Part shown: piece by piece, positions 16,572 to 25,551 of the stretch | Layout: every line of letters begins with the position of its first letter | Position numbering within the stretch: position 1 is the stretch's first letter | Assembly (NCBI RefSeq): GCF_056746865.1 | Contig: NZ_JBWKMP010000003.1 | Length of the DNA stretch: 64,000 nucleotides | Source of the DNA: a plasmid | Strand: one strand, 5' to 3' | Notes under the pieces: model-generated | What the model was told of the DNA's origin: nothing | Database searches by the model: none | What the model saw: only the letters and a program-made list of their open reading frames with translations | Made by a program: the position numbers and the translations under genes

Positions 16572-17203
16572 CCTTCACAGTTGTAATCACTACAGCCTTC
16601 AAAATCATATGGGCTGTACTGCCAGGTTATTTTTCCGCAATGCGGACAATTCCAACGCACCTTCCCGCTTCGCGACTTCTTTCTTCTGTTCTGCTCTTTC
16701 AACCAGTCAGGCATGATCAAACCTGCGCCCTGAACCATTGTTCTGCGGTTAAAGTTATTGATATTGAACGTCCGGCGCTTTGCTGCATCAGCAATGGAAA
16801 ATGGCAACCAAACTATTCCTGGTTCGTTTTTGTTGGCGACGCTAAAGATGGTCGCTTTACTGAAGTCATCTGTTGGCAATCCACCGTGTTGAAGCCAGTA
16901 AACATCGTTGCCGTTCCAGCTACCTTTTTTGTAGGCCACATACGCAGTGCAATCTGACTCAATCAGGCTTTCTGTAGGGATGTACTGGCAATCAACGTGC
17001 CACACAGCCATTGCATCCACGCTATCAGCGCAAACAGGCTGATCGATATCTCGCCCACAATTCCAGGCTTTTTGGGCTTCTTCCAGCGTGTAAACATGAG
17101 CGCGATCGATATCAGAGCTATAACCATTGCCGTTATGGCAATGGAATGAGGCGTTATTACCCACAGTTTCACGCAAGCACATCATGTAAAAACGGTTACT
17201 CAC
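16559..17203 (-). CDS. hypothetical protein with C-terminal zinc-ribbon-like motif
   Basis: 214 aa from a GTG in a GTGA overlap with the upstream stop. C-terminus WNCPHCGKITW...CSDYNC. Confidence 0.6.
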   Translation of the reverse strand: MSNRFYMMCLRETVGNNASFHCHNGNGYSSDIDRAHVYTLEEAQKAWNCGRDIDQPVCADSVDAMAVWHVDCQYIPTESLIESDCTAYVAYKKGSWNGNDVYWLQHGGLPTDDFSKATIFSVANKNEPGIVWLPFSIADAAKRRTFNINNFNRRTMVQGAGLIMPDWLKEQNRRKKSRSGKVRWNCPHCGKITWQYSPYDFEGCSDYNCEGWRE

Positions 17204-17439
17204 TGGTTGCCTCCTTGGCGGAGTTGCGCTGCGATGCATGAAAAAAAAGACTCCCGAGTGTGACAGTTAAGAGCTGGTGCGAACGCCGCGTTAAGAACGG
17301 CGGCATCACAGCCGTCATCAATATAGAGCGCAATTTTTTTCTCCAGGCGCGCTTTGGCTTCCTGCAACTGCATACCCCGGCACGCACGCGGGATATAATC
17401 AGCAATTTGAGCGATAGCTTTTTCGTTCTGTTTAAACAT
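17200..17439 (-). CDS. hypothetical protein
   Basis: 79 aa, ending with the conserved junction tail AAQLRQGGNQ*. Confidence 0.55.
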   Translation of the reverse strand: MFKQNEKAIAQIADYIPRACRGMQLQEAKARLEKKIALYIDDGCDAAVLNAAFAPALNCHTRESFFSCIAAQLRQGGNQ

Positions 17440-17635
17440 GCTTCACCTCGATAGGCTTGATGGTGTCTAACAGCAGTCGGCGGCGCGTATTTTCTGCAAA
17501 ATGGCGGCGTCCAGTTTCTTTGTGGTAAAACTCGTTTTTGCCGACGACCCACATCCGCTCTGTTTGGTGCAGTTTTTTTACCTTCGGGCCATCTTTGGTG
17601 ATCACGGTACCGGTATGGGTTTTTACGATTGTCAT
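17432..17635 (-). CDS. hypothetical protein
   Basis: 67-aa basic ORF overlapping the next gene by 8 nt. Confidence 0.5.
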   Translation of the reverse strand: MTIVKTHTGTVITKDGPKVKKLHQTERMWVVGKNEFYHKETGRRHFAENTRRRLLLDTIKPIEVKHV

Positions 17636-17718
17636 GCCACTACCTATTCGAACAGATGAACGAGACAGGCCGATGCTCGTCCACCTGAAAAACTGACGAT
17701 TTGATGCATACTCACGGT

Positions 17719-18447
17719 TTATTCCTGAATGCGCTTAAACTCGATTACCCACACCCAGGGATTAGCGTTCCAGCTTTCTTCACCATAGATGGATTCCCAC
17801 AGGCGCTGGAACGCAACCTTGGCCATTGCGAAATCCCCCTTGGGAGTAAGGAATGTTCCCGGGTGATCAGGAAGCAAACTTCCAGCAGGCGGAACGCCCT
17901 CAGCCCTTGCATCGCATTCGCTGATATCGTTCAACCGTTCAACGCGCACGTTGGTAATTTCCAACAGAATGCGTGATGCCCATCGCGGCATGTGAATTGA
18001 TGGACGCCACCCACCATCAAACTTTTCATTCACAGTGTGAGGTTTCCAGTCGGCATCATCGGGTATCGACCATAAGCCGTAATCACCAGGTTTTTGCTCG
18101 CAACTGGCCCGATAAATCCTTGCTGCGTTCTTCTCATCGCCACGACAAAGGTTGTCGTTCCAGTCCACACTGCAACCATCCTCATTGCCTAATATCGCCC
18201 ATGTTTCACGAACCCAAATTCGATCGCCGACGATACCAAATGGGCAATTGAAAACACTGCTTACACCATCAGCCCCGTACCACTGAAAACCTGCACCAAT
18301 TTTTCTAACCATCACTGGTGCTTCTGGACCAACTTCCGCAGGCTGATTTTTCATTATCCGCCGCGTCTGCGTTTTCCTTCCTTCGAGGATGGCCCGGACC
18401 ATCTCATCGTTAAAAATCATCCCGCGTTCTTTCATTTTTTGATCCAC
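17719..18447 (-). CDS. ASCH/PUA-like fold phage protein
   Basis: 242 aa. The N-terminal motif MVRAILEGRKTQTRR recurs in ASCH-like phage proteins. Confidence 0.55.
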   Translation of the reverse strand: MDQKMKERGMIFNDEMVRAILEGRKTQTRRIMKNQPAEVGPEAPVMVRKIGAGFQWYGADGVSSVFNCPFGIVGDRIWVRETWAILGNEDGCSVDWNDNLCRGDEKNAARIYRASCEQKPGDYGLWSIPDDADWKPHTVNEKFDGGWRPSIHMPRWASRILLEITNVRVERLNDISECDARAEGVPPAGSLLPDHPGTFLTPKGDFAMAKVAFQRLWESIYGEESWNANPWVWVIEFKRIQE

Positions 18448-18451
18448 TCCA

Positions 18452-19447
18452 TCAGTTATTGAACGTGATCACTCCGCGCTCGATGGCGAAGTCGAAAAGC
18501 TGGTTGGCGGCTACGTAAAGGCGTATGCCATGTGCTTTTTCCCATGCCCGGACATCGTTTTCTGCGCTTCTGGCGCATTCATCGCAAAGAGGAACGGCCC
18601 AGCGATCGTGTTCGTTTAACGAGCGGGCGCGGTACATGAACGGGTGATTAACTTTGCCTCCGCATCCGATGCACGGACGAGAAATCACAAACCGGAGATA
18701 AGCCGGGCTTTTACCGAGAACCGCTTTTGGTCGGCGCATATACAGCAGGCCGGAATCCTCATCTACAGACAGGTTGACGATCTGCTCTGCGGTTATGTCC
18801 ACCAGCTCACGGGTGCTGTGCTCCCAGGTGATATCCGATTCTTTCAGTGTGCCGGTAGGGATTTCCTGTTTTGGCTGACAAAATGCAATGCGACCGGCTT
18901 CATCTGGCAGCTCGTCTTTCAGATTCCGGCGAATGGCCCAAAAAGTGAGTTCAACCATGCTCAGATCGCGTTCTGGCGGTAGTTTTAACTCGCTCGCAGC
19001 CCAGTTCATAACCCAGTTGGCACGATTCAGGGATAACTGGTCATCCAGCTTGCCGTACCCCTTCATCATGTATTCCGCATCATGCTTCCAGCACAGGCGA
19101 ACGGCAGAGCCGTTATAGAAATGAGTGGTTAGCTGGTGGCTGCAATCGCGCTTATCGTGCGCCTGGCAATCGTGGATATTGGAACTTACCCAATGAACAA
19201 GCGAATCTTCACCGCCTAATGCGTTAAATACGCGCTCGCTTTGAAAAAATGCTTTCAGAGACTGGTTGGCAACCAGCGAATAGTTCAGATCCACTACGCC
19301 ATCTGGCGTGTTTTCAGCCTGTTCGCGCGGAAGTGGAGAGATAATGAAACGGCGACCTGCGCCAATGTAGTTGCTGGTGGGCTTGTCTACCGGAAAGACA
19401 GCCACACCAGCTCCGTTTACGAAATGAGGTGTGATTATTGCACTCAT
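18452..19447 (-). CDS. hypothetical protein with DUF968/HNH-like cysteine-rich C-terminus
   Basis: 331 aa. C-terminus RPCIGCGGKVNHPF...WAVPLCDECARSAEND. First gene after the operator pair at 19489-19522. Confidence 0.5.
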   Translation of the reverse strand: MSAIITPHFVNGAGVAVFPVDKPTSNYIGAGRRFIISPLPREQAENTPDGVVDLNYSLVANQSLKAFFQSERVFNALGGEDSLVHWVSSNIHDCQAHDKRDCSHQLTTHFYNGSAVRLCWKHDAEYMMKGYGKLDDQLSLNRANWVMNWAASELKLPPERDLSMVELTFWAIRRNLKDELPDEAGRIAFCQPKQEIPTGTLKESDITWEHSTRELVDITAEQIVNLSVDEDSGLLYMRRPKAVLGKSPAYLRFVISRPCIGCGGKVNHPFMYRARSLNEHDRWAVPLCDECARSAENDVRAWEKAHGIRLYVAANQLFDFAIERGVITFNN

Positions 19448-19488
19448 AATGTATACCGACTCTGTTTTGTTCCGAGCGGTAAAATAAT

Positions 19489-19522
19489 ATGTTAGAAAAT
19501 TAAAATCAATATTCTAACACGG
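19489..19522. promoter_or_regulatory. inverted pair of operator-like sites
   Basis: ATGTTAGAAAAT (19489-19500) and ATTCTAACAC (19511-19520) face each other, 42 nt upstream of the 19447 start. Confidence 0.5.
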
Positions 19523-19551
19523 TTTTGAGTGCATAAACGATGTGTTCAGGA

Positions 19552-20238
19552 TTACGGCTGGCCTCCCTTCACCTGCTTTAGCGTCAGATTTCCGCAAAAA
19601 ACCGCGCCAGTGTCTATGTAGTGCTGGTTCCAGAAAGATTTCGGGCTGTTTACTGGCGTATGCCCGAAAATAAAGCTATCTGCACCAGTGATCATTCCAC
19701 CAACACCATCAACCGCGTCATAAAATCGCTCACGCCGCCAGGTAACATTGAGATCGCTAACAGGTTTACCAAACTGGTATTCGTTATCAGGATAGTCGGC
19801 ATGGGCTATAACGATAGTTTCATGCCCGGTGTTCAACTCAATGATATAGGGTAAACGTCTTACCAGCTCCACCAGCGCCCTGGCTAATATTTCCCGATCA
19901 GCGTCCAGCATGAAGAACCATTGGCCGCCATTCATTAGCCAGTTATTCACGTTGCCTGCGGGGCTTAACGCATCGATCATTAATCGCTCGTGGTTTCCCA
20001 TAACCGACCGAAACCAGGGCATCTGCAATAGCTCCAAGCATTCAACATTTTCGGTGCCGCGATCGATAAGGTCGCCAACCGATATCAGTAAATCCTGTGT
20101 CGGGTCAAAGTCCACACGATGAAGTTCAGACATCAATCTGGTGTAGCAACCATGCAGATCACCAACAACCCATATGTTTCTGTAGCCTGAACCATCAATA
20201 CGGCCATATAAATTCACTTCATGCAGCGCCTGGGTCAT
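19552..20238 (-). CDS. ppp: Ser/Thr protein phosphatase (lambda PP / P1 Ppp type)
   Basis: Metallophosphoesterase motifs VVGDLHG, GDLIDRG, GNHE. The ATG at 20238 overlaps the upstream stop (ATGA). Confidence 0.9.
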   Translation of the reverse strand: MTQALHEVNLYGRIDGSGYRNIWVVGDLHGCYTRLMSELHRVDFDPTQDLLISVGDLIDRGTENVECLELLQMPWFRSVMGNHERLMIDALSPAGNVNNWLMNGGQWFFMLDADREILARALVELVRRLPYIIELNTGHETIVIAHADYPDNEYQFGKPVSDLNVTWRRERFYDAVDGVGGMITGADSFIFGHTPVNSPKSFWNQHYIDTGAVFCGNLTLKQVKGGQP

Positions 20239-20546
20239 GCGGCAACCTTCTCCCGCAGCCAGATACAAACCGGGCCATCTTCAGTGTCATGAATAGAGCC
20301 AACAAACCATCCTTCGCCCTCTGGTCGCTCTGGTTCCCAGGCGGCAATATCGGGACCATCTGCGTCCAGATTAAAATGATCTTCATCCATACTGCGAATA
20401 GTCCACTGAAGATTATTATCCTTCATCCAGGCGTCAAATTCCTCAGTGGATATATATTCACGACCTGCGCAAAACTTTTCATATTCCGGATGTGTCCAGC
20501 AGCCATATTCATCACGTTCTACCGGCATTTCTTTAATGATGCTCAC
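20235..20546 (-). CDS. hypothetical protein
   Basis: 103-aa acidic ORF, coupled at both ends. Confidence 0.6.
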   Translation of the reverse strand: MSIIKEMPVERDEYGCWTHPEYEKFCAGREYISTEEFDAWMKDNNLQWTIRSMDEDHFNLDADGPDIAAWEPERPEGEGWFVGSIHDTEDGPVCIWLREKVAA

Positions 20547-20767
20547 TCTTCATCCTCCAAGTCGGCAACGGCCTCCATCACATCAGAACCGCGAATAACC
20601 TCAAAAGCACGGCAGGCCATTTCAAACACCTGTTGTTCTTGCGGATGCGGTGACTCCCAATACTTAAAACCAGGTCGATGCTCGTAACCCAACATGGAAT
20701 AAAAATCGCCAGCAAGTTCAATCGCTGCATCAACAAGTTCGCGATTTGTCATCGTCTGTTCTGTCAT
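20543..20767 (-). CDS. hypothetical protein
   Basis: 74 aa, coupled at both ends. Confidence 0.6.
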   Translation of the reverse strand: MTEQTMTNRELVDAAIELAGDFYSMLGYEHRPGFKYWESPHPQEQQVFEMACRAFEVIRGSDVMEAVADLEDEE

Positions 20768-21039
20768 TTTGTTTTCTCCTGTCTGAACATCACTATCATC
20801 AGGTCGCCTTTTGTCGCTATCCTGGCTGTTGTACCTGGTTCAATGCGGCTAAGCTCAAATGCGTCATAGAACGCTTCTAATGCCTTCTGGCGTAGTTCCT
20901 GTTTGCGCCGTTTTTTCCACTGTTTTAGGAAAATGGAACCCAGCCATCGCCATGTACGGGACATGATGTAAAGCCAACCGAGAAGTGCCAGACCGGTATT
21001 TAGGAGCGTATCGATCGTTATTGTCGTGTCGATATTCAC
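20764..21039 (-). CDS. small membrane protein
   Basis: 91 aa. GTG start in a GTGA overlap. TM segment LLNTGLALLGWLYIM. Confidence 0.55.
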   Translation of the reverse strand: MNIDTTITIDTLLNTGLALLGWLYIMSRTWRWLGSIFLKQWKKRRKQELRQKALEAFYDAFELSRIEPGTTARIATKGDLMIVMFRQEKTK

Positions 21040-21752
21040 TGGCTGCCTCCTTTGCGAAGCTGGTCGGCGAACAAACGTACACTAGACGCTTCACTGCGTA
21101 GAAACTTAACGGCATAATCAAAACCACCTCGTTCTGCGTCGTCTGCTCCGTTGTCGAGGTTATCTGCGTACATCTCTACCCCCTGCGCACGTACTTCAGC
21201 CAGGAAAGCATCGGTGGCTGGGGTATCAACACGGATACTGTCGCGCAAGATGAAAAATGCATTGAGCATTCCAGTCTCTGGCACTTCATCCTGATGCTTC
21301 TCATACGCATCAAGAGCCTTCATCATCTCAGCTCCGAATGGTTGAGGGTGCACAGACTTCAGCTCCGCATTCTCCGCCGCCAGCACCGCGCGTTCGCTCT
21401 CCAGTTCTGTAATGCGCCGTCTTGCAGCATCCAGTTCAATCGACAATTTTCCCAACTGCTCTTTATGCTTCTTGTATTCCTGATATGCGTGCCAAGACTG
21501 ACCTTTGCGCACACTATCCGTGATATCAGTAATCTGTTCTGGTGTTAGCGTGGTCAGTGGCTGTGCTGGGAAAATCAGCACTTTCCCAGCATCCCAATCA
21601 AAACCCACCTGAATTGACTGAACCTCAACTGATGGTGTTGAACCGATGCGACCAGGCGAATGAACAACGATCGTTACATCCATATCGCGACGATGGCTGT
21701 GGTTGTTGGACAAAATACGATTCACCAACTCCGAGAATTTGGAAAATTTCAT
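21036..21752 (-). CDS. mosaic protein with Ea22-like C-terminal modules
   Basis: 238 aa from MKFSKF. Contains [16 protein letters not shown] and the tail [11 protein letters not shown]. Confidence 0.6.
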   Translation of the reverse strand: MKFSKFSELVNRILSNNHSHRRDMDVTIVVHSPGRIGSTPSVEVQSIQVGFDWDAGKVLIFPAQPLTTLTPEQITDITDSVRKGQSWHAYQEYKKHKEQLGKLSIELDAARRRITELESERAVLAAENAELKSVHPQPFGAEMMKALDAYEKHQDEVPETGMLNAFFILRDSIRVDTPATDAFLAEVRAQGVEMYADNLDNGADDAERGGFDYAVKFLRSEASSVRLFADQLRKGGSQ

Positions 21753-22072
21753 GCTGATTCCCTTTGCTCTTCCTGGATAATGTTGTTGCAATCTTTCACG
21801 CACTCGTTGCAGATGAAAACGTTGTCCCCGGCAATTAACTTTTTAACGGTGTGCTGGGATTTGTTGCAGAAGCTGCAATAAAGCGTTGGACTGGCTGATA
21901 TGGATGGTGCGCCAGATGTCAGCCGCGCGATGTCGTTCTTGCGACGCAATATCACACGGCTGCACTCGACCAGCATCTCCGGGGATATATCCTCCTCCGT
22001 GGCGAGCGCCTCCAGACGTTCGAGCAAGCGAAATACTTTTTCCTGGGTGATTGCAGAATGCGATGTGGTCAT
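21749..22072 (-). CDS. small protein with a ClpX-type C4 zinc-finger domain
   Basis: 107 aa. [39 protein letters not shown] aligns with the E. coli ClpX N-domain [39 protein letters not shown]. Confidence 0.65.
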   Translation of the reverse strand: MTTSHSAITQEKVFRLLERLEALATEEDISPEMLVECSRVILRRKNDIARLTSGAPSISASPTLYCSFCNKSQHTVKKLIAGDNVFICNECVKDCNNIIQEEQRESA

Positions 22073-22073
22073 C

Positions 22074-22724
22074 TCACTCTCCTTTGATGCGAATGCCAGC
22101 GGCACGGGAGTCATTCCATCGCTTTACTTCTTCACGAATTACGTCAATGCATTCTTTCGAATCCATTAGGTAATCTTCATCAAAAAGCCTTTCCTGTTCG
22201 TTTTCTATCGCAACAATGATTGCTTCAACTAACTTTTGTGCCTGAGAACCACTTTCTAACTCTGCAATGCGCTTCTCTGCGGCTTCCAGCTTCTCGCGCA
22301 TATCGTCAACGTACTCGACCAGAGATCCGCCAGCAGGAATTTCGCACTCCTCGACCAGTTGGAAGTAGATATCAGCTGCGGCCCGTGTGTTGCTATGCCT
22401 AGCGTCGCCCATCTCACCTTCACGAAGAGCATCGCGTTCGGCGGTAAGATTGGCTATTTTGCTGTCTTTGCCTTCAAGCTCAACGCGCAGCTTCCCTACC
22501 GTTAGCGCAATATCCTCGTTCTCCTGGTCGCGGCGTTTTATGTATTGCTGGTTTCTTTCCCGTTCATCCAGCAGCGCCAGCACAATGTGTGGCGTTATCA
22601 AGGACTCAAATTCGGCAACAGCTTGCTCACCTCGCTTGTAATTCTTAATCCCACCTAAATCTTTCGCGTTCTGTGCCGCCTCACGCAGCGCCAGTGTGTC
22701 GATGTCGATGTCGATGTTGCTCAT
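22074..22724 (-). CDS. Ead/Ea22-like mosaic protein
   Basis: 216 aa from [21 protein letters not shown]. Carries the same [36 protein letters not shown] module as 15160-15912. Tail AAGIRIKGE*. Confidence 0.65.
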   Translation of the reverse strand: MSNIDIDIDTLALREAAQNAKDLGGIKNYKRGEQAVAEFESLITPHIVLALLDERERNQQYIKRRDQENEDIALTVGKLRVELEGKDSKIANLTAERDALREGEMGDARHSNTRAAADIYFQLVEECEIPAGGSLVEYVDDMREKLEAAEKRIAELESGSQAQKLVEAIIVAIENEQERLFDEDYLMDSKECIDVIREEVKRWNDSRAAGIRIKGE

Positions 22725-22954
22725 TGTGCCTCCTCGATTTCGTCCCATTCCACCCAGGCATTCTCTCCATCAGCATCGATTTCACCTTTGTGACCGCATT
22801 TGGAACAAACGGCCTCATCACCCGCCCACAAAGAATCTTTGGTTACCGACCATCCTGTTACCCTGGCTTTGCCGTGCTGGCACCTAGGGCAATCATCAAG
22901 CCATTCGACTTCGACCGTTGAAGGACCAAATCCATGTTCAGTTCGGATGCTCAT
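22721..22954 (-). CDS. small zinc-ribbon protein
   Basis: 77 aa. CPRC...CSKCGH. Confidence 0.55.
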   Translation of the reverse strand: MSIRTEHGFGPSTVEVEWLDDCPRCQHGKARVTGWSVTKDSLWAGDEAVCSKCGHKGEIDADGENAWVEWDEIEEAQ

Positions 22955-23454
22955 GACTGAACTCCTTTGCGAATCTGTTCCGCCCATTCTTCAAGGGATT
23001 TCTCCGCATATTCACCGGACAGGCCATCAATCGGATGCGGTTCATTAGCCAACTCTTCTTTCGCTGACAAAATCATGCGTGTAACGTCGAAAACTTCACG
23101 CAAAGACTTATTGATAAATCCGTGATTGAACGCAGCAGCAAGACGGCTTGCGGTGTAGTTAATCCCCTCGTTGCGTGCCTCCGCACGTATTTCAGCCAGG
23201 AAAGCGTCGGTGGCTGACATATTTCCTGTTGCCTTCATGGCCTTCAAAATAACCAGAACGCCATCTTGCCCAACCAACTCGGAGATAATCTCAGTGTTGT
23301 CGCCAACAACCTCACAGAATGCCTGAACAGCTTTACGAGCAAGTGCATTCTCCGCCGCCAGCGCCGCGCGCTCTTTCTCAAGTCGGGAAATTTCCGTTAC
23401 ATACTCAGCGTTACGCTCTGCCAGTTGTGCGGGCGTTAAACCTTCAGACTTCAT
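22951..23454 (-). CDS. Ead/Ea22-like mosaic protein
   Basis: 167 aa. [18 protein letters not shown], tail WAEQIRKGVQS*. Confidence 0.6.
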   Translation of the reverse strand: MKSEGLTPAQLAERNAEYVTEISRLEKERAALAAENALARKAVQAFCEVVGDNTEIISELVGQDGVLVILKAMKATGNMSATDAFLAEIRAEARNEGINYTASRLAAAFNHGFINKSLREVFDVTRMILSAKEELANEPHPIDGLSGEYAEKSLEEWAEQIRKGVQS

Positions 23455-23761
23455 GCACTCTCCTTTCGAAATAAACGTACTGATTAATCATGCCCAGGGG
23501 CATTTCGAACTTTTCTGCGATCTCACGGCGGGGAACGCCACACTGATGAAGCTGCCGCGCCAGCTCTATATCGCTCTGCCGGTATTTGGCTGACTGGTGA
23601 AAGTCACCTTTCAGAATCATGCTGATCCGCAATTGCCGCGCTTTAGTCCTGACAGCACCACCGGTACGCCCGATCAGTCTCCCAATACCCTCGACTGTCA
23701 TAGTCCCGGCGCACTGGCGGAGTATCATGATTTCTGCCCTTCCCCATCCCCGCCAGCTCAC
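23444..23761 (-). CDS. putative DNA-binding protein
   Basis: 105 aa. Two HTH-like segments (TVEGIGRLIGRTGGAVRTKARQL; PRREIAEKFEMPLGMINQYV). Confidence 0.5.
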   Translation of the reverse strand: MSWRGWGRAEIMILRQCAGTMTVEGIGRLIGRTGGAVRTKARQLRISMILKGDFHQSAKYRQSDIELARQLHQCGVPRREIAEKFEMPLGMINQYVYFERRVHEV

Positions 23762-24369
23762 GCAGAACTCCTTCTAACCAAAAGAACGCCATCTTCAGAA
23801 ACAACGTTGCAGGACTTCAGGTAATTCATTGCCTCTTTCGGTAATGGATTCTTTGGATCGGCGCTTGCCAGGGATTTCGATAACCTCATGATAAATTTGA
23901 TCATTACCTTCTGACGGAGCTTGTGCTCATGGGATGCAGACAGGTAATAGGAAATGGTATGGGCTAAACGCTCACGAAGCTGTTCTGTGCCGTGATATAC
24001 AGCAGCGATATCACGCAGTGCATTGACCAGTTCCCGGTAAATATGCGGAGCAACCTGGCATTCAATGTTGGTTGGTGACTCATAAATTACATTCAGCCCC
24101 AGCTTTTGAGCCAGCTCGTGCTCTGCACGAGCGCCAACTGATTCCTCCCACCCCTTGAGCAAATAGACCGCATTAGCCGAACGCACCATTGCAAGGCAAA
24201 TATCCATGTATTCGCTCTGGCAGAGGCCAGCAGGTAACAGCGCCGGATTCAGAACAATATGCCCTACCTCCATCAGCTCTTTTGCTTTCGAAAAAAACGC
24301 TGTGCGGTTGTAGTCGGGATAACCAGTCATCGGACCCGCGATGTAAATTTTCATAATGCGTTTTGACAT
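23758..24369 (-). CDS. DUF4406-like (nucleoside deoxyribosyltransferase-fold) protein with an extra C-terminal module
   Basis: 203 aa from MSKRIMKIYIAGPMTGYPDYNRTAF...LKGWEESVGARAEHELAQKLG. The C-terminal half is homologous to part of 11199-11834. Confidence 0.6.
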   Translation of the reverse strand: MSKRIMKIYIAGPMTGYPDYNRTAFFSKAKELMEVGHIVLNPALLPAGLCQSEYMDICLAMVRSANAVYLLKGWEESVGARAEHELAQKLGLNVIYESPTNIECQVAPHIYRELVNALRDIAAVYHGTEQLRERLAHTISYYLSASHEHKLRQKVMIKFIMRLSKSLASADPKNPLPKEAMNYLKSCNVVSEDGVLLVRRSSA

Positions 24370-24521
24370 CAAAGTTTCCCCAGGAACGTTACGCAAAAGT
24401 TAATGAGAGCAAAGAGTTCAATGCCCAGCTCAAACAACGCCAGGACAGTGAAAAACAGGGCATATAGCAACCCAATTTCTGTACCGGATTGCTGGTGGAT
24501 TGCACTTATTGCGACAAGCAT
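24369..24521 (-). CDS. small membrane protein (50 aa, below the ORF-track cutoff)
   Basis: AGGAGG Shine-Dalgarno 5 nt before the ATG at 24521. The stop overlaps the next ATG. First gene of the operon leaving the 24565-24596 operator. Confidence 0.4.
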   Translation of the reverse strand: MLVAISAIHQQSGTEIGLLYALFFTVLALFELGIELFALINFCVTFLGKL

Positions 24522-24564
24522 CATGACCTCCTGATATAGCGTCTGAAAAAAGTATCTTCATTTT

Positions 24565-24596
24565 GTGTTAGAAAATCAATTTTGATTTTCTAACAC
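24565..24596. promoter_or_regulatory. palindromic double operator between divergent operons
   Basis: GTGTTAGAAAATCAA-TT-TTGATTTTCTAACAC: perfect 15-bp inverted arms. Lies between the minus-strand early operon and ref. Confidence 0.6.
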
Positions 24597-24640
24597 TTTT
24601 GATCAACCATAGCGGCGATGTAGACAAACCGGGTATTTCT

Positions 24641-25216
24641 ATGAAGCAAAGCTATTGGGAGAAACAGACACAAAAAGCCCTGCAAAAACTGGCTGATCCG
24701 AAATGGCGGGAGGAACAAAGGGCAAAGCGTCTTCAGCAAGCTCAACGCCAGCAGCAGCGTGCGCGAGAAAAAGCCGCATCGCCTGAATATCGGCAAAAGA
24801 AAATTGAAAAAGCGAAGCAATATGAACAGCGAAGAAAAGAGAAGGCCGCTTCTGCTCCTGTCAAAAAAACTCGCGCGTCACGCGGCCTGAAAGGCAGAAC
24901 ACTCACAGCAGATGAGCGCCGGATACAAACTGCCATCGGTGCTCTCCCCTGCATTGCCTGCCATATGCACGGACAGCATAGCCCTGTGGTATCCCTGCAC
25001 CACATCTTCGGGAGAACAGCAGAAAACGCGCATAAATACGTCCTCCCTTTGTGTAAATGGCACCATCAACACGCAGCGCCAGCAGAGATCCGCGAGCAAT
25101 ACCCCTGGTTGGTTCCTGTTCATGCTGATGGAAAAATAGGCGGCAAAGCAGATTTCAGGCGGCACAATGCTGATGAAATGACGTTGTATCAGATGGTGAC
25201 TGAATTAATAAATTAA
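24641..25216 (+). CDS. ref: Ref-type HNH endonuclease (RecA-dependent nuclease of P1)
   Basis: 191 aa from MKQSYWEK. LKGRTLTADERRIQTAIGALPCIACHMHG...SLHHI.GRT...LPLCKWHHQHAAPAEIREQYPWLVPVHADG matches P1 Ref as I recall it. Confidence 0.85.
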   Translation: MKQSYWEKQTQKALQKLADPKWREEQRAKRLQQAQRQQQRAREKAASPEYRQKKIEKAKQYEQRRKEKAASAPVKKTRASRGLKGRTLTADERRIQTAIGALPCIACHMHGQHSPVVSLHHIFGRTAENAHKYVLPLCKWHHQHAAPAEIREQYPWLVPVHADGKIGGKADFRRHNADEMTLYQMVTELIN

Positions 25217-25226
25217 TTTTCTAACA
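25217..25226. promoter_or_regulatory. operator-like site TTTTCTAACA
   Basis: Immediately after the ref stop, at the head of the immI-like region. Confidence 0.45.
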
Positions 25227-25322
25227 TTTTAAGTTGAATTGTGAAATTCGCCGTTGTACATTCACAACCGATTGGTACACCGGTCAACTTTTTGAGACAA
25301 ACCGTTTGGTTTTTCGTATGAT

Positions 25323-25440
25323 TGCCGCCGCCATACCAATGGCGGTGCAATATAGGTGGCTGAAAAGCCCCCGTTGACTCACGGTGTTCCAACCTTTATT
25401 GCGCCGCCACCAGACCGTGGAACAGTCGATGGCGGCTCCG
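25323..25440 (+). ncRNA. candidate structured RNA element A (paralog of element B)
   Basis: Helices 25328-25334/25339-25345, 25385-25391/25418-25424 and 25403-25409/25430-25436. Colinear with element B, with compensatory changes. Followed by AAGGAG and an ATG. Confidence 0.3.
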
Positions 25441-25461
25441 AAAGCAAGGAGTCACTACACT

Positions 25462-25551
25462 ATGAACAGCTACTGTCTTTTCCCATCACTCGTTATCCGC
25501 CACTCACGCGATAATCTGCATTCTTTACTCGCGCTGGGGGTGTCAAAATGA
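25462..25551 (+). CDS. possible 29-aa leader ORF
   Basis: Its stop overlaps the ATG of the next small ORF (ATGA at 25548). AAGGAG lies 10 nt upstream. Confidence 0.25.
   Translation: MNSYCLFPSLVIRHSRDNLHSLLALGVSK

Noticed and set aside
18301-18310. TTTTCTAACC as an additional operator
   Set aside because: It lies inside the coding sequence of 17719-18447 and deviates at the last core base. It may be a chance occurrence of an AT-rich word, so I did not count it in the regulon.
20097-20687. 196-aa plus-strand ORF
   Set aside because: It is antisense to three tightly coupled minus-strand genes, including the phosphatase with its intact catalytic motifs.
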